A stretch of 64,000 nt of DNA from Octopus sinensis (lineage: Eukaryota). Numbering within the stretch: position 1 is the stretch's first letter; each line of letters begins with the position of its first letter. The translations under genes were made by a program, and so were the position numbers. Positions 24,800 through 37,704 of the stretch are shown piece by piece. Under the pieces are notes generated by a model, which did no database searches, was not told where the DNA came from, and worked only from the letters and a program-made list of their open reading frames with translations. Location: positions 11,408,001 to 11,472,000 of the forward strand of contig NC_042997.1 of the NCBI RefSeq assembly GCF_006345805.1, given 5' to 3'.

Positions 24800-26810
24800 G
24801 TAGCTTGCTAACGCACACGCGCTGTTAGTCAGTTTCTTCCAGTTGAACCAGAGGGGACGTGAGTTAGCTAGCTCCGTCCAATTACAGAAAAAAGACCAAA
24901 AACAGAGAAAGCTGTGGAGGTAAGTGACTTTGTTTGTTGTGAGCTGGGCATAATTTATTGCGTGCGAATTATTTTTTCAGTAGATTGTGTCCAGCTCTGA
25001 GACAATTTCACCTGCTCTCGGCGGCTGCTGTTTTTGTGTTTATTGAAAAAAAAAAAAAAACCAGTGGAGGGGCGTATCTTCGTCCGAATGATTGGAACCC
25101 AATACAGTTGAAGTTACCGTTGGCGGTGGCCAGTGTTGTGGTCGGTTTTGTTGGATTTATTTTACCATTGGACGGCCAGGAGTACCTTTTCGGCCGAAAA
25201 ATTGTTTCCTTTGTCGGATTTTGAACACTCTTCTTCGAGCTATCATTTATTAAAAAAAAAAAAAATTTCTTGAACTGTTAATTATTTTATTTCTTCTCTT
25301 CTGATGTGTTTTTCTTCTTCTTTTGTGTCTTATCTTATTTTTATACCTTGAACTTTAATTGAACTTTGTGTCAATGACAAAGGAACTTCTTGTGTGGGAG
25401 TTGACACCTCCCAAAAAATATTTAAAAGAGCTTGAAAGGAAGACCGTGGTGTTGAGAACATACTCGAAGTCGCTCGACACCATAGCCGTCTTCCCAAAGG
25501 CCACCATTTTGAACGAGCTGGCGGACTACATGCCAGCCGTTAAATTTATCTCACGGGGAGTGAAATACGCAACGGTCTGGTTGCTATTTGACTCCCCAAA
25601 AGAAGCTTGCGACTTTGCAAGCCAGCCCCTTCAGGTCAAAGAAATATTGTTTCTCCCAAACTATATGGGAGAAAAATTATTGAGGGCTTGGATCTGCGGC
25701 CTACCACCCGGAGTTGAGGACTCTATCCGCCGGGGTCTGGGTGGTAGCAGTGCCAAGCTGCTAAATGTAAAAGTGTTGCCTGCGGCTGATTGGGAGGGAT
25801 CGAAAGCTGTTTTGACCCTATGGACCCAATCAGCCGAAAGTCTGGTTTTTCCAGATTTCTTGAGGATGGCCGGGTCCAGGTATCCGGTGATGCTTGAGGG
25901 ACGCCCCCCCCAAGTGTCACCTGTGCCTGGAGACCGGTCACATTAAGAAGAACTGACCCAGGGACCAAAGTAGGATCCTGGAGCAGTTAATGGTGGAATC
26001 TCTCCCTGCTCCCCCAATGGAGGGAGAGAAACAGAACGAGGAAATTGCTACATCCTCAAAAAAGAAAAGAAAGATGGGCAACAATGGTGACCCACCGAAA
26101 GACCCGGGAGCTGCGGGAGAAAAAGAGGACCCGTTGTGTGCAACACAGGAACCTCACCCTCCCGCGGCCCAGGGAAAAAAAGGAAAAAAAAGAAGAAAGA
26201 GAAACGGGACGCCGCCGGCGGATTGTAACACGCAGACGGCGTCTCCCATGCCTCCTCAGGCGGGTGTGCCGCCGGAGAATCAATATGTGGTCCTCTTCCA
26301 CAAAGGAGGAACGCTTGAAAACGAGATAGGTAAATTGAGAAGGAGAGGCCAATGGGAGGGACTTCGGTCCTGCACGAAGGACCCCGAGTGGCCTTCGCAG
26401 GTGGCTGCGGAGGTCCTATGGGATACCGATCTGTGAAGGATCGTGAATTCCTTCCCGGAGGACTCCTTTCAATTTATACCTGCATGGTACGGCCTGACAA
26501 AGAATGATTGCCTCAATGAAACAATAGCGCTGGTCGGCCGGGTGACTTGAACTTTTTGAATGTTTTAAAAAGAAAAATTGTATCACATTGAGAAAGAGAT
26601 TCATTGCCTCATTGTGACATTGTGAAATTTTGTGACTTTTTGAATTTTTTGAAAAAAGAACATTGTCTTAGAGAAGCGGAAGTCGGCGGGCGCTTTCGTC
26701 TTCTCCCATCACCATCTTTGTTCCATCACCATCATTCATACCATCAATGTCTACGTCCAGCCCGCAAAGCTACATCTATGTACTGCCTTCATGGCAAATT
26801 TAATGAATAA
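24800..26810 (+). mobile_element. ORF1-only L1/Tx1-type non-autonomous retrotransposon (HAL1-like)
   Basis: A 16-bp direct repeat AAGTAGTTTAGTTATA lies at 24784-24799 and 26811-26826. Inside are a ~570-bp 5' UTR, a gag-like ORF1 and a short 3' UTR ending in a TGCC-ttcat-GGCA hairpin and AATAAA. There is no EN or RT. Confidence 0.7.
25374..26550 (+). pseudogene. LINE ORF1/gag-like protein with CCHC zinc knuckle, disrupted
   Basis: Removing one C from the C8 run (25904-25911) gives EGRPPKCHLCLETGHIKKN*P (CX2CX4HX4, last C replaced by a stop), in frame with ORF 25990-26436. The frame stays open past the TGA at 26434 until 26550. Confidence 0.8.
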
Positions 26811-26953
26811 AAGTAGTTTAGTTATAATTAAAAAAAAAACAATTTTACATATTAATCTATGGGTTACTCTATACTTTTAGTAGAAGACGATAGAGTTCAA
26901 CAGTGTTCATGTTTAAGAATAACAGAGGGATAGATAGATAGAGAGAGAGAGAA

Positions 26954-27011
<58 letters not shown>

Positions 27012-27660
27012 CTCAAGTCAAATCAGTGATTACATTTCCGAACCACGGTGTCGTTTAACTGGTCTTTCTGTCGACTATTTCATCTGAATTTGAACTCAGA
27101 ACGCGAAGACGGGCGAAATGCCGCTAAGCATTTTGTCTGGCGCGCTAACGATTCTGCCACCTCCCCTCCTTATTTTATTCATACATCAGCATGGCCGCAG
27201 CTCTGAACTGAAACTAGAAAAAAGAAATATTGATGGTCATTTTAGGCAGTGCATCTGGACTATATTTTATGCATATTAGTGATTAATCTAATTCCTTATA
27301 TATTTGTTCACGACAGCAACAAAAGCAACAGACTCCATTTTTCTGGGCACCAAAGATCACAGTTCAAGAGATGGCGAAAGAAGTCACTGTGTACCCGGTT
27401 CCGGAAACCGACCACAAAGCACCCTTTACTTCCTACCATAACCGGACATCATTTTGTGACAAATGTATGTAACTGATTTTCAGTCAGTTAGAGAGGGTTC
27501 GAAAGGGAAAAGAAAAATGAACCCTAGCAAGAGACTATTAAACAAAAGTGGGGATGAAACCCACTTCAGGACGATGACAACGACAACGTTGTCAACATGG
27601 AATTTGCATTCCTTCGAATGAGTAACCAGCACCTAGATTTATTTAAAGAATGAACAATAC

Positions 27661-28221
27661 AGGCGTAGGAGTGGCTGTGTGGTAAGTAGCTTGCGTCCCC
27701 AAAGTCCATCCCCTCCTCACCGTGGTGGGGACGCTGGCAACGGGTAGTGTCAGAGCTATGCCGTCGGGAACTTCGGTTCCTGGTAGGGCCACCCAAGGCG
27801 GATTGGTCTGACACCGAGTGGTATTAGGGTCACAACCCGGCAGACGGGGCTCTGGTGAAAATCCTCGGAGTGTCTGTTTCAGCAACAGGCGGCTCCTCGG
27901 TCGTTCTGTCCTTGCGTCTGCGGACAATCTGCGGCAAACAGGATATCTCTACATGCGGGATTGTTGGAGACCGCTTATGAAACCCACATATTCCAACGAA
28001 ACTTTTTCCAAGGAAGAAGCCGACTCAACCCGCCAAGGGTAAATGTCGCAACAAGTACAAGTACAAGTAAGTAAGTAGCTTGCTTACGAACCATGTGTTT
28101 CCGGGTTCAGTCCCACTGCGTGGCACCTTGGGCCAGTGTCTTCTGCTATAGCCTCGGGCCGACCAAAGCCTTGTGAGTGGATTTGGTAGACGGAAACTGA
28201 AAGAAGCCTGTCGTATATATG

Positions 28222-28312
<91 letters not shown>

Positions 28313-28518
28313 ATATGTTTGTGTGTCTGTGTTTGTCCCTCCAGCATCGCTTGTCAACCGATGCTGGTGTGTTTACGTCCCCGTAACTTAGCGGTTCGGC
28401 AAAAGAGACCGATAGGATAAGTACTAGGCTTACAAAGAATAAGCCCTGGGGTCGATTTGCTCGACTAAAGGCGATGCTCCAGCATGGCCACAGTTCAAAT
28501 GACTGAAACAAGTAAAAG
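27661..28518 (+). mobile_element. SINE family A carrying a nested insertion in its head
   Basis: The head is at 27661-27694 and the SINE resumes at 28071. Confidence 0.9.
27695..28070 (+). mobile_element. ORF-less bipartite RTE-derived element (5' UTR plus (CAAGTA)n tail)
   Basis: TSD GTAAGTAGCTTGC at 27682-27694 and 28071-28083. The 5' motif GAGCTATGCCGTCGG...CCTGGTAGGGCCACCCAAGGCGG resembles RTE (BovB/Expander) 5' UTRs as I recall them. The tail is CAAGTACAAGTACAAGTAA. Confidence 0.7.
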
Positions 28519-29021
28519 AGCAAAAGAATAAAAGAGTAATAATAGGGTAGGAAATGAGATATTCTAACGACAGACTCTTAATAAAAGCAACGGCTCTTTA
28601 TTATAACCTGTGAATGATGAGTTCCCCGAGGTTGTCGCCCACATGGTAAATAATGACATGGTTAATGAGATTGTTAATACTCTGCTTGTTTAGCGAAGCT
28701 TTTTGTGTGGTTTTCATTGCGTCTCCAGAAATTGCATCACCGAATTGGCAGAGTTGCCAGAGTATCAGACGAAATAGGTAACGGGTTTTATTCAATCTCC
28801 TTGCGTAGCGAGTTCAGGTCCCGCCGAGACCAACTTTTGTCTTTTAATCCTTCCAGTATTGATAAATAAAGTATAGAGGTGGGGGACTGACTAGGTGTCG
28901 ACTGGTGAAATTGATAGGGCGTCGGACTAGATGCCTTTGTGATATTTGTCTCGTCTCTTTATGTTCAGACCCCCACCTTGGTTTACACAGGTGGTAGTCT
29001 TAATCCATCCCCGATTTAACA

Positions 29022-29148
29022 CAACAACCACCACCACCACCACCACCACCACCACCACCACAACCACCAATACCACCACCACCACCACCACCACCACCGC
29101 CACCACCACCACCACTACCATCACCTCCACCACCACCATTTCCACTAC
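29022..29148. repeat. (CAC)n trinucleotide repeat
   Basis: Directly visible. Confidence 0.95.
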
Positions 29149-29632
29149 CTGGTCGTAGGGTACCTTTAGCGGAGTCCACTCTGTTGCAAGCATTCACGCC
29201 GATTTGAGGATATAGTTTACCTCCACCCCACTGGTCTCAAGACCCTATAAAGGATCCCTTTCGCTGCCCCCCTCACAAGGCGGTAAATAATTTCTGAGAT
29301 GTGTGCAGTATTTGTGTTTTTGTATAATTCTTTCTACTATAGGCTCAAGGCCTGAAATTTGGGAGAGGCGGAGGAATGGAGAGGGGTCCAGTCGGTCACC
29401 TTGATCCCAGTACGCAACACTGGTTCTTATTTTATCGACCTCGAAAAGACGAAATGCAAAAATAAACTTCTGCAGTATTTGAACTCAGAATTTAAAACCG
29501 AAAGAAATGCCGCAAAGCATTTTTGTCCAGCTCAATAACAGTTCTGCCAGCTCATCACCTTCATATGTTTCATGATAATAAATTTATGCTGTTTTGTGTG
29601 TGTGTGTGTGGGGGGGGGGGTTAAAGATGATT

Positions 29633-30064
29633 TTCTTTTACTCTTTTACTTGTTTCAGTCATTTGACTGCGGCCATGACTGCGGCCATGCTGGAGCACCG
29701 CCGCATTTAGTCGAGCAAATCGACCCCCAGGACTTATTCTTTGTAAGCCTAGTGCTTATTCCATCGGTCTCTTTTGCCGAACCAAGTGACGTGGACGTAA
29801 ACACACCAGCATCGGTTGTCAAGCGATGTTGCGGGGATTGGGTGGGTTTTGGAAAACACAGACACACAAACACACTCGCATATATATACATATACATATA
29901 TACGACGGGCTTCTTTCAGTTTCCGTCTACCAAATCCACTCACAAGGCTTTGGTCGGCCCGAGGCTATACTAGAAGACACTTGCCCAAAGTGCCACGCAG
30001 TGGGACTGAACCCAGAGCCATGTGGTTGATAAGCAAGCTACTTACCACACAGCCACTCCTGCGC
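29633..30064 (-). mobile_element. SINE family A copy
   Basis: Reverse-complement match with a 12-bp internal duplication (TGACTGCGGCCA). Confidence 0.9.
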
Positions 30065-30125
30065 TTTTTGATAATTTGGTGTTGTTCGTGTTTGTTGTGA
30101 AAGCGTCTATAACTTGAAAAGTGAT

Positions 30126-30358
30126 AAGGCAGCGAGCTGGCAGAAATGTTAGCGCGCCGGGCGAACTGCTGAGCAGTATTTCGTCTGTCGTTACGTTCTG
30201 AGTTCAAATTCCGCCGAGGTCGACTTTGCCTTTCATCCTTTCGGGGTCGATAAATAAAGTACCAGTTTCGCATTGGGGTCGATGTAATCGACTTAATCCA
30301 TTTGTCTGTCCTTGTTTGTCCCTTCTATGTTTAGCCCCTTGTGGGTAGTAAAGAAATA
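30126..30358 (+). mobile_element. SINE family B monomer
   Basis: TSD TATARCTTGAAAAGTGAT at 30108-30125 and 30359-30376. Confidence 0.92.
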
Positions 30359-30479
30359 TATAGCTTGAAAAGTGATTATGTAGAACTGGTTGAGTAAAAC
30401 TTAGAGTTTTTGAACTGAAAGTGTCTTGTGTTGACTGTGTTAGGTACCAAATAAAATTATAGTTAGACGGTGTTTATGT

Positions 30480-30880
30480 TTTTGTTCATGTTCTATCTAT
30501 TGCAATTGTTATTAGCATTATTGGCACCATTTTTATGCTTTTCTCCGAATGCTTTATTTCCATTTCGAGGTCGCTGTACTTGCATAGGTTTACGAATACC
30601 TCTAGGGCGGTAACTTGGTCGGAAGGGATCGAGTTGTTTATAAGAGTGCATAAGTTTTCCTTTCTGTCTTTGATTATTAAATCTGGGAGGTCTGCTTTGA
30701 TCTCCTTCTAAATCTGGTTAGGCATGTCCTAGAGTATCGTAGCCATGTCATTGTAATATACCGGATTTGGTGAGTCCTTTGATGTAGAAACGTATGCATA
30801 TTGCCTAATAGATAAAGCTATCAACATTGTCATGCCTCTCGGATATGTTGTCTTTACTGCGACTGGACAGAGGAAATGAT
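30480..30880 (-). pseudogene. Relic C-terminus of an RLE-type (R4/Dong-like) non-LTR retrotransposon
   Basis: The minus strand reads RHDNVDSFIY*AIC...EIKADLPDLIIK...IPSD...LEVFVNLCKYSDLEMEI...KMVPIM, matching the RHD / RPDIVI / KxxKYxDL restriction-like endonuclease pattern. Confidence 0.7.
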
Positions 30881-31243
30881 GTGGTCGATTGTTTCTTCAT
30901 ATTGATTTCATAGCATGCAGTTGACATTAAGCTTTTATTTTATTATCTATTTTGTTAGTTTACTTTGTAGATTTTCTACAGCTAAAACCAGAATTCCGTT
31001 TTTGACTTTAGTTCCGAACGTTCGAAATATTAGTACATTTCCTCTTTGTCCACTCTCACAGGAATAATGATAATAGAAAGAGTTTTCTTTCAAATCTTTC
31101 TATTGTATTGTTTTCAGAATTCCACTTAGAATTTTTCTTACCTTTTCTTTTCTCTTTACTATGTCTTCACTATTCTACTTTGCATTTTATTGTTTCCGTT
31201 ATATATAAGTATCATATTTTCTTCGTGTTGCTTTATCAAACTA

Positions 31244-31809
31244 TTGGGTTGTCCGGAAAGTTCGTGCCGATTTTTAAAGGAATGAAAAAGGTCAACAAAT
31301 ACTTGCCATTACATTTTTAATCAACCAAATATGAACCATTTTGTTGCACAATGCGTCTCCATCTTTCCTTTAACTTCAAAATACCCTCTTCCTAGAATTG
31401 AGGTGGTTTCATGGCAAAGAATTCATCAAGGTATTCTTTTACGTCATCCAAAGAATTGAAATTTTTACCATTAAGACTATTCTGCAGAGACCTGAATAAG
31501 TGGAAATCTGAAGGAGCAATATCTGGTGAATATGGAGGGTGGGGTAACACATCCCAGCCGAGCTGCAGCAATTTTTGTCTGGTTCCCAAAGCATCAAGTA
31601 CCGAAAATGAACTTTCTTATCTTCCATTTTAAAGGGTTACAGAATTAACGCAGGTTATAGGAACATAAATCTTCTTCCACGAAAAGATAGCTTAAACTGT
31701 GCTCTAAATGGAGGTGTTGTCAAATTCTATTTTATGAACTCAACCATATTCTAAAATAAGTCGAAAGGTAAGCTTCTATAAATCGGCACGAACTTTCCGG
31801 ACAACCCAA
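31244..31809 (-). mobile_element. Internally deleted mariner element
   Basis: ~30-bp TIRs TTGGGTTGTCCGGAAAGTTCGTGCCGATTT with TA TSDs (31242-43, 31810-11). The transposase N-terminus MEDKKVHFRYLML is joined to the C-terminus WDVLPHPPYSPDIAPSDFHLFRSL. Confidence 0.95.
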
Positions 31810-32130
31810 TAATATATCTACTTTAGTTTGTTTCTAAGTAATTTCCTAGAGCCACAGTGGTTATATTGGAATAGTTCTTTATTTGCATGTTCTCCTTGCA
31901 CTTCGTGAATATAGCCTTCCTATATCAGTTTTAGGTTTTTAGTTTTGGAATACTGTTAATGGTTTTACCGTTTCCAATCGCAGCTCCTTCAATTTACTTC
32001 ACTTGAACTTACTTTTAGGTCAAGAAAATGATTTGCTCATTGGTTGGTGATTATGATCCATTTAACGAACACATCAATCACCCATAGACTGGTAATGTTC
32101 ATTTCTATATTTAAGAGATGAGGAATTATG

Positions 32131-32235
32131 TATATTATTTACATTATTTACATTCGACGGATATTTGTCGAACAAGATAAGGACAAACAAGACGAGGACA
32201 AATATCCGTCGAATGTAAATAATGTAAATAATGTA
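32131..32235. repeat. 39-bp inverted repeat made of the tail of the 15890-16340 element family
   Basis: Arms at 32131-32169 and 32197-32235. The sequence TTTACATTATTTACATT(C/T)GACGGATATTTGTC also occurs at ~15914-15945. Confidence 0.9.
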
Positions 32236-32794
32236 AATAGTGGTAATTTTCATGTATGATATTTGAAATTACCATAATACACTACAAGAATATTCTTAAT
32301 ACAGAGCAGATGTTATCTCAACCTCAGTTCTCTCATCATATACAGCTCTTTGACATTTCATGTACCGACCATCATTATATTATTGATATTACAAAGGCGT
32401 ACAGGAAAATCATTACCTTACAAGCGATTATTGTTTGTGAAGTGGATTTTAATAATTCCATTGACCAATCAATAAGTGAACAGAATAACTTTGGACCCTT
32501 TTGATCCTTCGGTTGGCCTTCAAGCCTAAAGGAGGTGATAATTAAAATTAGATCATTAAATTGAAGAAAATTCTGGTCGTAAAAACCAAGGGAGAAAACC
32601 CCTAAAATTTTAATATTTTTGTCAAGAGGCTCTTTTTTTTTTCAAATATGAGTGTAAACTGTAAATGATTTATTAACTTAGAACAATAGACATAATACAA
32701 GTTCTTACAAATGAAAGTCAATGAAAAGAAAAGAAAAGTGTAAAAACAAAGAGAAAGGGAACAGAAAAAAGAGGAAAGAGAGAAAAATGTACAA

Positions 32795-33180
32795 ATTTAT
32801 ATAAATAAAGCTGAAGTTGTCTGTATATGGCAGGTTTGGTAGCCTTCAACTAACATTATCTCCTCCGAGACCCTGCGGCGCAAGTTGACCAAAATTGAGA
32901 GTATGATAGAATGCTCTTCATTCTGTAAAAGAAAACAAATTCAAATCGGACCATGTTAAGACCAAAAATTATTTACATCAAAAAGGTGCTTTTTTTCTAT
33001 GAAAATCCCTATTTTTATGATTTTTTGACTGATGTGTCGCCATTTTTCGGTGTATTTCAACAAGAAAAATGTTCACTTAAAGGGAATAACAAGCAACATA
33101 ATGCAAAATTATTACTTTTCAAAGATTTCAATTCTAAAGGGTCGAAACAAAACCGAGCAACGCCGGGCGATACTGCTAGT
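32795..33180 (-). mobile_element. HINE-like non-autonomous element, different internal sequence
   Basis: The minus strand starts ACTAGCAGTATCGCCCGGCGTTGCTCGG and ends ACAGACAACTTCAGCTTTATTTATATAAAT. Confidence 0.65.
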
Positions 33181-33661
33181 TATATATAATACTCTTTTCT
33201 GAAATTTCCCCCGAATTCTTCTATTTTGAATTTTAAAAAAATTTCATCCATTTCTAAGTACTTCTTTGTGTTGTTTTGTTATGCTCTTTGAAGTCATTGT
33301 CTAAATCTACCTTAATGTTTTCACAATTATGATTTATTTAACTAATTATCTTTAAATTTCCAGTTAAATCTACTGACGAAGGCACGCAGTATTAATGTCA
33401 GGAGACCCGTCTCATGATCATAAGGTAATGAGTTTGATTCCAGAACCGGGCGGTGTATTGTGTTCTGCTGTGTATCATTTGTTATATTACTCCAGTCTAC
33501 TCGGTTGAAGATGAATAGTAGCAAATTGCTGGTGCATCCCGTCTCATTTTAGTTGGAGCATACTGGATATTTCATTGGTCGAGAGGGAGGCTGCTTGTAT
33601 TCGTGACAACACAGGCACCTAAATAATGAACAATAGCATGGGACATACTATCAAGTCATTC

Positions 33662-33703
<42 letters not shown>

Positions 33704-33728
33704 CATATCGAGGATGAGTAGTGGATAT

Positions 33729-33766
<38 letters not shown>

Positions 33767-33813
33767 AGAGAAAGAGGAGAGAGAGTAGATAGAGAGATAG
33801 GTAGATAGGCAGG

Positions 33814-33844
<31 letters not shown>

Positions 33845-34394
33845 GGGATAAAACAGAATCCCATGAGACTGGTGGTGGCTTGCATCGCCAAGACTTCTAT
33901 TGTTTAGAAAATTCAACAGAAATCGTACTATGAAATTGCCGTGGGGAGTGGATAATCTAACGTTTTGGAGAGAGTCCTACTTCAAGGTACAGCTGATAGG
34001 AGGGAAGTGAAAAAAAAACCTGCAGAGTTTTACATGTTGTATATTTGAAAAACTGGCTGCAACTGATGAGGAACGCAAGACAACACGAGCTTCATACTTA
34101 GACAAGAAGTAGCAGTCTGCCAAATTCATTCGCAAGGCATTAGTCGGCTTGCGACTGTAGTAGAAGACACTTGCACAAGGTGCCGCGTAATGAAGCTGGA
34201 ATCGAAACTACGTGGTCGCGAAGCGAAATTCTAAACCACACAGCCATGACTGGAAACTGACTGAGAAAATGAGAGAAAATAGTAGATAGAAAAGGAGAGA
34301 TTGATATAGATTATGTAAAGTGATTTATCAAGACACATATGAGATATTGTATTGATTTTATCCTGTCTTTCCTTCTTCCTCTCTTCCTACCAAT

Positions 34395-34407
34395 TTCTTT
34401 CTTTCGT

Positions 34408-34475
<68 letters not shown>

Positions 34476-34738
34476 TTCCCCCTCTCACTCTCACCCTTTC
34501 ACGTTTTTTCTCCCATATTTCTTTTTCCAGCCATACTTGACGTACCACAAAACTTTCTTGGTCTCTGTTCTTTTGGCATTGTCTCTCTCGCTCTCTTCTC
34601 TCTCGCTCTCTCTTCTCTCTCACTCTCTCTTCACAAATACACATGCATATACACATACCAAAGCATATTTTAAGTCTGTCTGTCAGTCAGTCTGTCTCTG
34701 TCTCTGTCTGTCTGTCTCTCACTAACGCTCTCCCCTTC

Positions 34739-34797
<59 letters not shown>

Positions 34798-34798
34798 G

Positions 34799-34861
<63 letters not shown>

Positions 34862-34982
34862 ACAACACTACACCTCTCTCTCGCTCTGTCTCTCTCTCTT
34901 TCTTTTTCTCTCTCTCTCTTCTCTCTCTCTCTTTCCCCCTCTCTGTACGTAGTTAATCTGTTGATACACACACCACACACAC

Positions 34983-35043
<61 letters not shown>

Positions 35044-35254
35044 TCATTATGCATTAACATGTAAAAATTCCTTTCAACATACATGCATTTTAAAAAATAT
35101 GTATGCATATATACATATGTGTGTGTGCGTGAGCATATGTATAATAAAGAAAGCGAGAGAGAGAGAGAGAGAAAGAGAAAGGAGAGAGAGGAAGGGTGAA
35201 GGAGAGGGAGGAGAGAGTGAGAAAAAGAGAGAGAACAGTTTTCTCAGGTATATA

Positions 35255-35285
<31 letters not shown>

Positions 35286-36050
35286 CAGATATTGTTAGCT
35301 GTTAATTAGTACTATAAATTCATTAATTACGTGCACTATACTTATCGACGTCATAGTTGTTTATCTCAGAAAATATACAGAAGCCTGGAAGCAAGTGATT
35401 AATGCATGTATTTACCGATAAATACTAACCGGCTGTTAGTATTTATGTTATTCTTTTGGGCCTGGGTAGTTTTGGTGGAAGTGACAAAACTAAAAAAAAC
35501 AAAACAAAAAAAAACAAAAGAGAAAAAGAAAAACAACTATCCAAAAAACAAACAAAGAACCCCCCCCCTGCAAAACCTAGAAATGAAACAAAACCAAGGT
35601 ATAACAACAGCAATGATAATGATGATGATGAAAATGATGATGATGATGATGATGATGATGACGGCGACGACGACGACGACGACGATGACGATGATGATGA
35701 TGAGGACAACAACGAAGACGATGATGATGATGAAGATGATGATGATGATGATGATAGACTTATCGCAAAAGTGTTTTCGAAATAGAAAATTTTAAATGCT
35801 ATACATATCTTCAGGGGCAATACGTTTTTTTATGTATGTATGCATGTATGTATGTATGTATGTATGTATGTATGTATGTATGTATGTATGTATGTATGTA
35901 TATTTTTCTTTGGGTGTTTTGAAAGTATTCTTTTTTCCTCTTTGCAGAATTCAACCCAGGTCACTAACAAAGGAGTTTTTGTTTAAGTCAGCTCTTGGCG
36001 TTTCTGATTAAGAATTGGTTGGTATGTGCATACATGTGCTATATATATAC

Positions 36051-36089
<39 letters not shown>

Positions 36090-36114
36090 TATATTATATA
36101 TATATATATATTAT

Positions 36115-36164
<50 letters not shown>

Positions 36165-36185
36165 GTGTATATATATATATACTAT

Positions 36186-36219
<34 letters not shown>

Positions 36220-36239
36220 ATGTATAATTATATTATATA

Positions 36240-36294
<55 letters not shown>

Positions 36295-36321
36295 GTATAT
36301 AATATATGTATATATATATAT

Positions 36322-36378
<57 letters not shown>

Positions 36379-36449
36379 GTATATATATATATATATGTAA
36401 TATATATATATATGTATAATATATATATATGTATAATATATATATGTTT

Positions 36450-36480
<31 letters not shown>

Positions 36481-36615
36481 GTATGTATGTATGTTTGTTT
36501 GTATGTATGTATATATGTGTATGTATGTGTGCGTATACATACACGTACATATATACTACATCCATCTATTCATTCATCCATCCATCTATCCATCCATCCA
36601 TCCATCCATCCATCC
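34395..36615. repeat. Microsatellite cluster: (TTTC)n, (CT)n, (TATC)n, (TA)n, (GA)n, (GAT/GAC)n, (GTAT)n, (CATC)n
   Basis: Directly visible. Confidence 0.95.
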
Positions 36616-37643
36616 TTCCACACATTCATACATCTATATATAAATTATTTCTGCTCTTTTATTCTTTTCCTTGTTTTAGTCGTTTGACTGCGCCCATGCT
36701 GGAGCACCGCCTTGGGTGTTTGACTCATTGCATGTTATATAGGTGTGTGATTCTATGCATGTTTTCCGGCCAGGTTCCTCAAACAAAGAATCCATGGAAT
36801 GTTTCACAAATTGTCACCAATCCTCTCACCGATTATATTTAGAGAATACGAATCAGTTTGCGTTGATTTTTTTTCCACAGAGAAACCTACCATTTCTAGG
36901 TTTTATGTAGAACTGTCGTTACGAAGCGCAGAGCACCTATGATAATAGGCATTAACGTCTGTATGAAGATTGTATGGTAAGTTTGTATGTACGTACGTAA
37001 GTTTGTATGTACGTACGTATGTATGCATACGTAGAAATACTCGGGTTGATGTATGAGGACGCAGTAAGGCCAGAAAGAAAGGCTGCACTTAACTTAAAAC
37101 CGTTGCAGGGGTATTACTGACACTACCCTGTCGGCGATGGGTAATAGACAGCCATCATGAATGTATAAATGAATGTTTGTCTGCATAGATAAAGAAATTA
37201 AATATATTTATCTTAGCATTTCGGCTTTTGGTTTGTGAATGTACCGTGTTTGTAAGTATATATATATATATATACGAGCACCCCCCCCCACTTCCAATGG
37301 ATGGTGCTGAGTTGTCAAACATTTAAACCAAATTTTCTCAAAACAACTTGTCCGACCGTCCCATAGGCCTTTGAGAAACATTGATTTAACCTAATTTTGA
37401 GACACCAGCAAAAGATGGATTTCGACTGATGTACTTGCGCATACAAATGCACGTTCCCACAGCTTTATTGATCACATTCTCACCAGGAATCGATTTTTGT
37501 AATTTTTTCAAGACTTATACATGTCCTGATACCGTCGGTATCTACATATCAAATTTGAGTGCAATCGGATGGAGGATACCCGAGATCCTAGAAGGCACAC
37601 ACACAGACAGACAGAACGGATTTTATATAATAGATATATCAAA

Positions 37644-37691
<48 letters not shown>

Positions 37692-37704
37692 TATATATAT
37701 GTAT

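Noticed and set aside
27820-27850. Twister-like GGGTCACAACCC hairpin
   Set aside because: The other twister elements (UAA cleavage loop with matching pseudoknots, GAGGG) were not found.
28601-28795. 64-aa non-repetitive minus-strand ORF as a possible host exon
   Set aside because: No convincing acceptor, recognisable motif or partner exon.
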